In this document: positions 7,631-16,246 of the stretch, piece by piece
Position numbering within the stretch: the stretch's first letter is position 1
Layout: every line of letters begins with the position of its first letter
Assembly: GCA_045863855.1 (NCBI GenBank)
Contig: BTVV01000124.1
Coordinates: 1 to 18,135 of the forward strand
Direction: 5' to 3'
Source: Planctomycetota bacterium
GTDB taxonomy: Bacteria > Planctomycetota > SZUA-567 > H5-PLA8
DNA: 18,135 nucleotides
Notes under the pieces: generated by a model
The model's database searches: none
What the model was told of the DNA's origin: nothing
The model's input: the letters and a program-made list of their open reading frames with translations, nothing else
Translations under genes and position numbers: made by a program

Positions 7631-8851
7631 ATGGATGCAAGCATGGACCGGCCCTCCACGCCCTTGAGCCCCTTGCCCTATCAGGGGGACATGGTGTCCT
7701 ACCTGCGGACCCGCGAGAAGGCCGTGTGGGCCTGGTACGCGGAGGACAAGCAGCAGTCCGCCTATGCGGACGCGGTTCGCCTGGAGCTCCTGAAGAAGAC
7801 CTACCGGCTGGACCGCCAGGCGCACGGCACGCTCTACGCGCGGGGCGACGAGGCCGCGCGGAAGCTCGGCGTGGACGTGCCCCTGACCTTCTATCAGGCG
7901 CAGCAGGACCATAACGCCATCAACGCGGCCATCTGCTGCCTGCCCGGCGAGGCCCACATCCTGCTGATGGGCCCGATCCTTGAGGTCCTGTCCGAGCCGG
8001 AGACGGACGCCCTGCTCGGCCACGAGCTGGGGCACTACAAGCTTCGCGAGCACGAGGGTGGCCAGCCGGCCGTCGCGGATCGCATCCTGGACGCGGTCGC
8101 CGCCGATTCCCGAGCCGAGCCCAGCCACGTCTGGAGCGCATTGCGGTTCAGGCAGTACGCGGAGATCTTCGCCGACCGGTGCTCCTACGCGGTCAGCGGG
8201 GACCTGAAGGCGGTCGTGGGCTGCCTGGTCAAGACGAGCACAGGCTCCAGGGACGTGAACGCGGAGTCCTACCTGGCGCAGGCCGAGGAGATATTCTCCA
8301 AGGGCGGCGTGGTGACCGAGGGCATCGTCCACCCCGAGACCTTCATTCGAACGCGAGCGCTTTCTCTCTGGGTCGGGGGAGCGCCGGATGCCGACGCGCG
8401 GATACGGGAGATGATCGAGGGTCCCACCAACCTTGAAAAGCTCGACCTGCTGGGACAGCAGGCCCTGGTGGCCTTGACGCGCCGGCTGATCGACGCGCTC
8501 CTCTCGAAGCGATGGATTCAATCCGATCCGGTCCTCGCACATGCTCGACTGCTGTTTCACGACTACACGCCGCCCTCGGCGGCAGCCGAGGACGAGGCCC
8601 TCTGGGGCGAGCTGGGACTCCTCGACAAGAGCGCGCGGGACTACTTCTGCTACATCCTGCTCGACTTCGCCTCCGTCGATACCAGCCTGGAAGACCTGCC
8701 CTTGGCCCGCGCCCTGGAGCTCGCCGAGAAGGCGGGGCTGCGCGAGCGCGTGGAGGAACTCGCCAATCGCGAGCTTCGGATCAGCAAGAAGATGCTCGCG
8801 AGCCTGAAGAAGGACGGCCCCGACATGCTGACGAGGGCCGAGACCGCGTGA
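7631..8851 (+). CDS. Soluble M48-like zinc metallopeptidase with a helical C-terminal domain, about 406 aa (alternative start 7643)
   Basis: INAAI strand, ILEVLSEPETDALLGHELGH (HExxH at 8021-8035), third ligand in YAEIFADR, and a downstream HP motif (GIVHPETFIR). No transmembrane segments are evident. Confidence 0.85.
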   Translation: MDASMDRPSTPLSPLPYQGDMVSYLRTREKAVWAWYAEDKQQSAYADAVRLELLKKTYRLDRQAHGTLYARGDEAARKLGVDVPLTFYQAQQDHNAINAAICCLPGEAHILLMGPILEVLSEPETDALLGHELGHYKLREHEGGQPAVADRILDAVAADSRAEPSHVWSALRFRQYAEIFADRCSYAVSGDLKAVVGCLVKTSTGSRDVNAESYLAQAEEIFSKGGVVTEGIVHPETFIRTRALSLWVGGAPDADARIREMIEGPTNLEKLDLLGQQALVALTRRLIDALLSKRWIQSDPVLAHARLLFHDYTPPSAAAEDEALWGELGLLDKSARDYFCYILLDFASVDTSLEDLPLARALELAEKAGLRERVEELANRELRISKKMLASLKKDGPDMLTRAETA

Positions 8852-11800
8852 CCACCTCTAGGCCGACCGAGGCACCAGCCGGCGACGCGCTGCACGCGTA
8901 CCTGAAGGCTCGCGCGGGGGGAGACCCGCCCGCTACCGACGAGATCCTGGGAACGCTCCTGCCGCTCTTCCGCCAGGTCATGGCCGCGCACAACCAGGGA
9001 CACGTCGCGCCGCTCGCGGGCCTGGATGACCTCCTGGTCACGAACGACACGTGCTGGTTCAACGAGCAGGCACGCCTCAAGCCCGCCCTCAACCTGGATG
9101 CCTTGCGCCGGATCGAGCGCGTCGAAAGCCGCGCCCTGCACATCGCGGGTTACCAGGACATCCGCGAGGAGGACGACGGCTCGCGCAAGGTCCGTAACCT
9201 TCTCGTGTCCAAGCGAGGGGATGCCATCGTCCGCCCGGTTTTTCTGCCCGGCTACGTCTCGTGGGAGCACGAGGTCGAGCACCACGACCAGCTAACCGAC
9301 ATTTTCTCGCTAGGGCTGATCGCCGCGAGCTTGGCCTGCGGCTTCGACTTCGCCGAGGAGGAGGATCTGGAGCGCTTCGTCGATCTTCGGGTCAACCTGT
9401 TCCAGGTGAATCCCCGCCTGCACCAAGTCGTGGCAAAGGCCATTTCCGGCATGACGGAGATTCGCAGGCACGATCGCGTGCCCGACCTGAATGGCCTGAT
9501 CGAGACCCTGACGAATTACCGCCACCAGGTGGCGATGCCGGACCTCGACTTCCACAGGATCGCCGGGTTCAAGGAGGCCACGCACCTCGACCGCAGCAAG
9601 ATCATCCAGCAGCGCCTGCGCGACCGGCTCTTCGACATCTCCAGGCGCAACCGGCTGCTCTATTTCCGGCCGACCTTGCAGATGCTCAACCTGACCGTCG
9701 CCTCCGTGCCGTTGATGCTCGACCACAAGCACATCAAGCCGGACGCCCTGTGCACCTGGCAGGGCGAGTTCGCCGGGACGATCTCGGAGGGCGGCACTGT
9801 CCACCTGGGCAAGTACCTGCGGTTCGAGGACGCCCCGTACCTGCCCAGCGTGCTGGACCAGATCCGGAACCAGGAGGCGCGGGACAGGAACGAGTACGGG
9901 TTCAGCCAGTTGCGCCTGGTCCTCGCGTTCCTACGCTGGCACAACCTGAAGGAGGCGAAGGAGGAGCGGATCACCTCGCCGCTGGTGCTGCTGCCGGTGG
10001 CCCTGGAGCGACAGAAGGGCGTGCGCGACAGCTACAAGATCACGCCTCATTCGACGGAGGCCGAGGTCAACCCTGTCCTGCGTTACCACCTCAAGCAGCT
10101 CTACGGGCTACAGTTGCCGGAGATCATCGACCTGTCGCAGGCGAGCCTCGACTCGTTCTTCGAGATCCTCCAGTCCCAGATTCACGCCAGCGAGCCGGGC
10201 ATCACGCTCCGGAGGCTGGATCGCCCGCAGGTGAAACTCGTCCACGAGCGCGCACGGGCCCGGGTGGAGGTCTTCCGCAGGAGGGCGCGCCTGACCGGTA
10301 AGGGCGTGCGGTCCCTTGACGGCATCGACTACTCCTACTCGCGGGACAACTTCCAGCCTCTTGGCCTCCAACTGTTCCTGAAGCGCGTCCGTCCCAGTCC
10401 GTTGCCGCAGCAGGACGTGGCCGGCGAGGCCCCCAGGCCCAGGCTGTTGCACATCCAGCCCGAGTCGCCGCCTTCGGGCGCCATGCGCGAGCGGGACATG
10501 TACGTGCTCCAGGAGGAGCGCGAGAGCAACCCCTACGTCTGGGACTTCGACCTCTGCAACCTGACGCTGGGGAACTTCAACTACCGCAAGATGTCGCTGG
10601 TGCGCGACTACAACACGCTCCTGGAAGGCGACTTCCCCAACCCGGCCTTCGACGCGACCTTCTCGCTCCAACCCAGGAAGACCGAGCCGACGGGGAATGC
10701 CGTCCTCCCGCACGAAGACGCGTACCAGATCGTCCACAGCGACCCGACGCAGACGACCGCCGTGGCGCGCGCCCGGACCGGGGCCAGCTTCATCATCCAG
10801 GGGCCTCCCGGAACGGGGAAGTCGCAGACCATCACCAACCTGATCGCGGACTACGTGGCGCGGGGCAAGCGCGTGCTCTTCGTCTGCGAGAAGCGCGCGG
10901 CGATCGACGTCGTTTACCACCGGCTCAAGCAGCGCGGCATGGACAGGCTCTGCTGCCTCATCCACGACTCGCAGGCGGACAAGAAGGCCTTCATCCTCGA
11001 CTTGAAGCAGACCTACGAGAAGTACCTGGCCGAAGCCAGTGCCCTGAGGGTAGTGAGGGAGGAGCGTGAGCAGGTCGTCAAGCACCTGAGGTTCGAACTG
11101 GACGCCCTGGAGCGATTCTCGACGGCAATGGGCCATGCGGACCCGCGGGACGGCGTGCCCCTGCGATTCGTCTACAACCGGCTCATCGAGCTCTCGGACC
11201 GGCTCCCCGAGGTGACCGACGCGGACGCCGAGCGGCTTCCCGGGTACGCGGCGTGGGGCAAGTTCGACAAGAGCGTCCGCTCCCTGTCCCGCATCCTTAA
11301 GGAGGCGTCCGGGGAGGAGGTCTTCGGGAACCACGCCCTGCGCGACCTGGCCATGCCGATGATCCAGGCCGATCGACCCATCGAGGCCATCACCAGGAGC
11401 ATCGACGAGCTGGGACCGCTCCTGGACGAACTCCATGGGAAGCTGGGATCGTGCGGCCTGCCGGGCGAGACCCTTCCCTCGCTGGAGGCGGTCCTGGAGG
11501 TCGTGGGGTACGCGGAGCGGCTCAAGCTCCTCTGCGACACCGGCCAAGGCAACCTGCTGAACGCCCGGGACCCCGCCGTGCAGCGGCTCCACGCGGCCGT
11601 CTCGGACATTCGTGGGCTGAGCGGCCGGCTCGACAAGGCTGCCCAGAAGACCACGCACTGGCGCGAGAAGATCCCGCCGGATGACCTGCAAGCCGTCCTG
11701 GATCAGGCGCGCGACCTCGAAGGCTCCATCTTCAGGTTCCTCCTGCCCTCGTTCTGGAAGCTCCGAGGGATCTTGAAGTCGCGTTACGACTTCCCGGCGC

Positions 11801-14031
11801 ATGTCGTCGCGCCGGCCTGGAGCAGAATCCTGGCCGATCTCAAGGCGGAGTACGACGCGCGGGACGCCCACGACGAGGCCCTCGGGAAGGCGCGGGCCCA
11901 ATTCAAGACGGACGACCTGGAAAGTCTGGCCTCTCTCGTCGAGGAACTGCACGCCGCCGAGCCGATGCTCAAGCCCGCGATGCGTGCCCTGCGCGAGCGT
12001 GTGCTTTCCAACGCGGTCACCGCCCAGGAACTCGCCGCCATCCTCGGCGCGGGCCCCGTCGCGAAGGCCATGGGCCAGATCCTTGGCCATTTGCTCGTCG
12101 ACCATGACAAGAAGAAGCTCGCTCGCCTGGCGGACGAGCTGGCGGCCATGCGCGAGGCATTGCCGGTCCTGCCGGAGATCCTGCCCGTCCTCACGGACTT
12201 GCTGACTGCTCCCCCCGATCTGTACCGGGCGCTTCGCGAGCGGCCCTGGACCCCGGACGAGCTGGAGGCCGGCATCCTGCTCGCGGCGCTCTTGCGCGCT
12301 TACCGGCGCGACCGCTCCCTGCCCAGGACCGACGGCCGCGTCCTGTCGCAGCACGTCGAGCGGATTCGGGATCATCACAACGCGTGGATGGGACTGAACT
12401 CCAGGCTGATCCTCGAAGGGGTCCACGAGCACTTCGTGACCAAGGCCAACCTGACGAGCTTGCCCGCCGCGCAACTGACGACCGAGCAGAAGGAGCTGAA
12501 GAAGGTCTACTCCAAGGGGCGGCGCGAGCTGGAGCACGAGTTCGGGAAGGTTATGCGCTACCGCTCCATCCGGGACCTGTCAGACGACGAGACCGGCGTG
12601 CTCGTTGCTGACCTCAAGCCGATCTGGCTGATGAGCCCCTTGAGCGTCTCGGATACCCTGCCCCTGACGGGGACGAGCTTCGACGTGGTCATCTTCGACG
12701 AGGCCAGCCAGATCCCCCTTGAGGAGGCTGTCCCCGCGCTCTACCGCGCCCCGCAGATCATCGTCGTGGGCGACGAGAAGCAGCTCCCGCCGACCGACTT
12801 CTTCTCGTCCAAGGGCGAGGAGGCGGAAGAGGAACCCGGCGCCGACGAGCTGCCGGACGCGCTTGGCTATGAGTTGTCCAGCGACAGCTTCCTCTCCCAG
12901 TCGGCCGAGAACCTGCCCGCGACCATGCTGTGCTGGCACTACCGCAGCCGGTCCGAGTCGCTGATCAGCTTCTCGAACTCCGCGTTCTACAGCCGCAAGC
13001 TCCTGACGGTCCCGGACGTGGCCCTCCAGACCGCGACCCAGCCCATCTTGGCGGCCTCGGCGACGGCGGGTGACCAGCACATGAGCCACGTGCTTGATCG
13101 CCCGCTGAGTTTCCATTTCATGCCCAACGGGGTGTATCGGGACCGTCGCAACGCGGGCGAGGCCGAGTACATCGCCCGGGTCGTGCGGGGACTCCTGAAG
13201 GAGAAGGTCGGCCTGAGCATCGGCATCGTGGCGTTCTCGGAGGCGCAGCAGGGCGAGATCGAGGGGGCCATGAACTCCCTGGCGGGCCAGGATTCCGAGT
13301 TCGACGAGTTGCTCCAGGCCGAGATGGAGCGTGAGGAGGACGACCAGTTCTGCGGGCTGTTCGTGAAGAACCTGGAGAACGTGCAGGGCGACGAGCGCGA
13401 CATCATCATCATGAGCGTCTGCTATGGCCACGACGCGAACGGCAAGATGCTCATGAACTTCGGGCCCATCAATAAGCGCGGCGGCGAGAAGAGGCTGAAC
13501 GTGGTCTTCTCCCGAGCCCGCCGGCACATGGCGCTGGTCTCCTCGATCAAGCACACGGACATCACCAACGACTACAACGACGGCGCGAGCTGCCTGAAGC
13601 GCTACCTGGCCTACGCCGAGGCGCTCTCGGGCGGACAGGCTGACCTGGCCCGCCGGATTCTGGGAACCTTTTCGACTGGTGCGGAGACGGACGGCAGGGA
13701 CGCCACCCAGCAAGGACTCGTGAGCGCCTTAGCAGCCGCGCTGCGAGAACGCGGGTACGTGGTTGACCTGAGCGTGGGCGACTCGGACTTCCGATGCGAC
13801 GTCGCGATACGCAGGCCCGAGGATGATCGCTATCGACTGGGAATTCTCATCGAGCGCGCCAATAGTGCTCCTCAGGAGAATGTACTGGAGGAATGCGTCC
13901 TTCGCCCAGCCGTCTTGGGCGCGTTTGATTGGCAAGTTCTGCGGGTCTTGGCAAAGGACTGGCACCATGACCGGGACTCCGTGTTGGCTGGCATCGAACG
14001 AACCCTGTCGGCTTCAGTGCCCCTAAGGTAA
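8848..14031 (+). CDS. Multidomain protein: degenerate kinase C-lobe, DUF4011, UPF1/DNA2-like SF1 helicase and Vsr/MTES_1575-like nuclease fold, about 1727 aa
   Basis: GTG 8848 overlaps the peptidase TGA (GTGA). Motifs: PGYVSWE..DQLTDIFSLG; LRDRLFDISRRNRLLYF (DUF4011); IQGPPGTGKSQTI (10801); VLFVCEKRAAIDVV; VIFDEASQ (12697); VVGDEKQLPP; HYRS; ENVQGDERD; RLNVVFSRAR; C-terminal FRCDVAI..YRLGILIE..WQVLRV. Confidence 0.92.
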   Translation: MTTSRPTEAPAGDALHAYLKARAGGDPPATDEILGTLLPLFRQVMAAHNQGHVAPLAGLDDLLVTNDTCWFNEQARLKPALNLDALRRIERVESRALHIAGYQDIREEDDGSRKVRNLLVSKRGDAIVRPVFLPGYVSWEHEVEHHDQLTDIFSLGLIAASLACGFDFAEEEDLERFVDLRVNLFQVNPRLHQVVAKAISGMTEIRRHDRVPDLNGLIETLTNYRHQVAMPDLDFHRIAGFKEATHLDRSKIIQQRLRDRLFDISRRNRLLYFRPTLQMLNLTVASVPLMLDHKHIKPDALCTWQGEFAGTISEGGTVHLGKYLRFEDAPYLPSVLDQIRNQEARDRNEYGFSQLRLVLAFLRWHNLKEAKEERITSPLVLLPVALERQKGVRDSYKITPHSTEAEVNPVLRYHLKQLYGLQLPEIIDLSQASLDSFFEILQSQIHASEPGITLRRLDRPQVKLVHERARARVEVFRRRARLTGKGVRSLDGIDYSYSRDNFQPLGLQLFLKRVRPSPLPQQDVAGEAPRPRLLHIQPESPPSGAMRERDMYVLQEERESNPYVWDFDLCNLTLGNFNYRKMSLVRDYNTLLEGDFPNPAFDATFSLQPRKTEPTGNAVLPHEDAYQIVHSDPTQTTAVARARTGASFIIQGPPGTGKSQTITNLIADYVARGKRVLFVCEKRAAIDVVYHRLKQRGMDRLCCLIHDSQADKKAFILDLKQTYEKYLAEASALRVVREEREQVVKHLRFELDALERFSTAMGHADPRDGVPLRFVYNRLIELSDRLPEVTDADAERLPGYAAWGKFDKSVRSLSRILKEASGEEVFGNHALRDLAMPMIQADRPIEAITRSIDELGPLLDELHGKLGSCGLPGETLPSLEAVLEVVGYAERLKLLCDTGQGNLLNARDPAVQRLHAAVSDIRGLSGRLDKAAQKTTHWREKIPPDDLQAVLDQARDLEGSIFRFLLPSFWKLRGILKSRYDFPAHVVAPAWSRILADLKAEYDARDAHDEALGKARAQFKTDDLESLASLVEELHAAEPMLKPAMRALRERVLSNAVTAQELAAILGAGPVAKAMGQILGHLLVDHDKKKLARLADELAAMREALPVLPEILPVLTDLLTAPPDLYRALRERPWTPDELEAGILLAALLRAYRRDRSLPRTDGRVLSQHVERIRDHHNAWMGLNSRLILEGVHEHFVTKANLTSLPAAQLTTEQKELKKVYSKGRRELEHEFGKVMRYRSIRDLSDDETGVLVADLKPIWLMSPLSVSDTLPLTGTSFDVVIFDEASQIPLEEAVPALYRAPQIIVVGDEKQLPPTDFFSSKGEEAEEEPGADELPDALGYELSSDSFLSQSAENLPATMLCWHYRSRSESLISFSNSAFYSRKLLTVPDVALQTATQPILAASATAGDQHMSHVLDRPLSFHFMPNGVYRDRRNAGEAEYIARVVRGLLKEKVGLSIGIVAFSEAQQGEIEGAMNSLAGQDSEFDELLQAEMEREEDDQFCGLFVKNLENVQGDERDIIIMSVCYGHDANGKMLMNFGPINKRGGEKRLNVVFSRARRHMALVSSIKHTDITNDYNDGASCLKRYLAYAEALSGGQADLARRILGTFSTGAETDGRDATQQGLVSALAAALRERGYVVDLSVGDSDFRCDVAIRRPEDDRYRLGILIERANSAPQENVLEECVLRPAVLGAFDWQVLRVLAKDWHHDRDSVLAGIERTLSASVPLR

Positions 14032-14041
14032 GGATCACCCC

Positions 14042-14479
14042 ATGTCCTCCTTCGCCTCCGCCCTCAAATCCGAAATCTCCCGCATCGCCCGCAAGGAATC
14101 GCGCGCCCAAGCCGCCCCGCTCCACCGCGCCTCGACCCAGTACCGCCGCGACGTAGCCGCCCTGAAGCGCCAGGTAGCGCGCCTGACCAAACAGGTCGCG
14201 TTCCTGGAAGGCCAGGAGCGTAGCCGTGTCGCCCAGCCCGTCGTAGCCGCCGATACTAAGGCCCGATTCAGTCCCATGTGGCTCAAGAAACATCGCGCCA
14301 AACTGGATCTCTCGGCCGAGCAGTACGCCAAGCTCGCCGGCGCCTCAGCGCAATCGGTCTACTTCTGGGAGTTGGGCAAGACGAAGCCCCGGGCATCGCA
14401 GGTGGCGGCGCTGGCGGCCTTGAGGGGCCTGGGCAAGCGCGAGGCGTTGGAGCGGCTACGGGTGCTGGAGGGGGCGTGA
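14042..14479 (+). CDS. XRE-family HTH DNA-binding protein with an N-terminal coiled coil, 145 aa
   Basis: RBS AAGGA. LKSEISRIARKE...VAALKRQVARL coiled coil, then LKKHRAKLDLSAEQYAKLAGASAQSVYFWELGKTKP, an XRE HTH. Confidence 0.85.
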   Translation: MSSFASALKSEISRIARKESRAQAAPLHRASTQYRRDVAALKRQVARLTKQVAFLEGQERSRVAQPVVAADTKARFSPMWLKKHRAKLDLSAEQYAKLAGASAQSVYFWELGKTKPRASQVAALAALRGLGKREALERLRVLEGA

Positions 14480-14601
14480 TGGCGAAGAAGGGCAAGCGCG
14501 GCCGTAAGGCGATCTTTACGGGTGAGCAGAAGCGCGTCTTGGGGCGGCTAATAAGGGCGGCTTTAAAGGCTCAGTTGAGGCGGGTGGTGAAGGGCTTGTA
14601 G
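14479..14601 (+). CDS. Small basic protein, 40 aa (MAKKGKRGRKAIFTGEQKRVLGRLIRAALKAQLRRVVKGL)
   Basis: TGATG stop/start overlap with the HTH gene, RBS GGAGGGGG, and an amphipathic basic helix. Confidence 0.55.
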   Translation: MAKKGKRGRKAIFTGEQKRVLGRLIRAALKAQLRRVVKGL

Positions 14602-14672
14602 CGGAATGCCCGCCCCGATCCAAAGAACGCCGATTGCCTCGCCGAGATCTTCCGACGCCAATTCGGTAACGG
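14596..14672 (+). repeat. 77-bp direct repeat, copy 1 (upstream of the sulfatase)
   Basis: Ungapped 70/77 identity with 16170-16246 by hand alignment. Confidence 0.92.
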
Positions 14673-14721
14673 ACCGTACCCTTCGTACCAAACGAGCCGC
14701 CCGAACCAACAAGGAGCCCGC

Positions 14722-16131
14722 ATGCCCCCGCCCAATATCCTGTGGATTTACTGCGACGAACTGCGCGACGACGCGCTGGGCTGCTACGGCAACCGCCACT
14801 TTGCGCCGCGCACCCCGCACCTGGATTCGCTGGCCGCCGGCGGCATGCGCTTCACCCGCAGCTACTGCCCGTCGCCCGTCTGCGCCGCCAGCCGAATGGC
14901 CGTGCTGACGGCGCTGCCGCCCGAAGCCACGGCCACGTACCATAACGAATGCGCCTGGGGCAAGTTCACCCTCGACCCCGTGCCCAAAACCTTCACCGAA
15001 GTCTTTGCCGAACACGGCTACGCGACGGCCAACTTCGGCAAGATTCATTACCCCAAGCAGCTCAAACCGTGGCAGCATTGCGACACCACCGGCGGCGACA
15101 TGGCCTCCATCAAGAAGCTGATGGCCGCGCACGACCCCGATGCGATCATCGACATTCCCGGCGTGGGCAGCACCATTGGCGGGCGCTTCCCACCCGACAC
15201 GGCCTATCCTGCCGCCCGCGTAGCCGATAACACGATTCAATTCCTCCGCGCGCACCGCGGCAGGCCCTTCCTGGCCCGTGCGTCCATTTTGCAGCCGCAC
15301 ACGCCCGTCGGCGCACCGCCGCCCTACGAAACCATGTACGCCGGCGAAGCCTTTCCGCGCACGCTGGACACCGCCGACCGCACGCCCAGCGCCTTCATCC
15401 GCATCCTGGCCGAAGCCCAGGCCGCGCACCGCCTGACGCCCGAACAGATATTCCTGACGCAGCAATACTACTACGGCCTGGTGAGCTGGATTGACGCCGA
15501 AGTCGGACGCATGCTGGCCTGCCTGGACGAGAACGGCCTGCGCGACAACACGCTGGTGGTCTTCACCGCCGACCACGGCGCACAACTGGGCGAAGCGGGG
15601 CTGTACGCCAAGCTGACCTTCGAACCGGCCTCGCACCGCGTGCCGCTCATCCTGGCCGGGCCGGGCGTCGAACGCGGCACGGTGCGCGACGACCTGGCCA
15701 GCGGCATCGACCTGGCGCGCACGCTGTTAGGCGCCGCGAACCTGCCGGCGCTGGAAAGTTTTGGCGGGCGCAACCTGTTGGGCGATCCCGAACCCGAAGC
15801 CGTCTACGCCACCATCGGCTACGGCATGCCCGGCAGCCGCGCGTTCTCGAACCTGGGGGCCGGGGCTTATGAAGGCGGCCGCGGCTGGCCGCGCCGCACC
15901 TGCGTGCGCACGCGGCAGTACCGGCTGGACGCCAACGTGCGAATGGACGGCGAAGGGGTGGGCGAGGCCGATCGGGATTACTTCCTGGCCGACACCCTGG
16001 CCGATCCCGATGAACGCCACAACCTGGCTGGGCGGCCCGAACACGCCGGGGCGTTGAAGAAGCTGGCGGCGTTGCTGGACCGGCACGTGGCCGGCGCGAA
16101 GGAAGTGCCGCTGGAGGTGCTTACGAAGTAG
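14722..16131 (+). CDS. Formylglycine-dependent (S1) sulfatase, cytoplasmic, 469 aa
   Basis: RBS AAGGAG. PNILWIYCDELR, TPHLDSLAAGGMRF, SPVCAASRMAVLT (C at 14881), GYATANFGKIH, PHTP, DNTLVVFTADHG..G..G..AK, RVPLIL, DPDERHNLA. No signal peptide. Confidence 0.95.
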   Translation: MPPPNILWIYCDELRDDALGCYGNRHFAPRTPHLDSLAAGGMRFTRSYCPSPVCAASRMAVLTALPPEATATYHNECAWGKFTLDPVPKTFTEVFAEHGYATANFGKIHYPKQLKPWQHCDTTGGDMASIKKLMAAHDPDAIIDIPGVGSTIGGRFPPDTAYPAARVADNTIQFLRAHRGRPFLARASILQPHTPVGAPPPYETMYAGEAFPRTLDTADRTPSAFIRILAEAQAAHRLTPEQIFLTQQYYYGLVSWIDAEVGRMLACLDENGLRDNTLVVFTADHGAQLGEAGLYAKLTFEPASHRVPLILAGPGVERGTVRDDLASGIDLARTLLGAANLPALESFGGRNLLGDPEPEAVYATIGYGMPGSRAFSNLGAGAYEGGRGWPRRTCVRTRQYRLDANVRMDGEGVGEADRDYFLADTLADPDERHNLAGRPEHAGALKKLAALLDRHVAGAKEVPLEVLTK

Positions 16132-16169
16132 TGACGGAGGGCATTAAAGGCGTCGCGCGGTTAAGGGGG

Positions 16170-16246
16170 TTGTAGCGGAATGGCCGCCCCGATCCGAAGA
16201 ACGCCGAACGCCTCGCCGAGATCTTTCGGCGCCAATTCGGCAACGG
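16170..16246 (+). repeat. 77-bp direct repeat, copy 2 (downstream of the sulfatase), with a nested hairpin
   Basis: Matches 14596-14672. Contains GCCGAA..CGCCGA-GATCTT-TCGGCG..TTCGGC. Confidence 0.92.

Noticed and set aside
8512..8847. 112-aa N-terminal extension of the helicase in the ORF track
   Set aside because: It overlaps the peptidase in another frame and is low-complexity R/G/A/P sequence. The GTGA overlap at 8848 is a better start.
10108..12537. 809-aa minus-strand ORF (also 7613-8560, 12580-13713 and 14563-15636)
   Set aside because: These are antisense shadows of GC-rich genes with clear motifs on the plus strand, and their translations have no recognisable motifs.
37..14024. AGTGCCCCT at 37-45 and 14016-14024 as att or target-duplication sites bounding the island
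   Set aside because: A 9-bp match is expected by chance in 18 kb, and no integrase or tRNA supports it.
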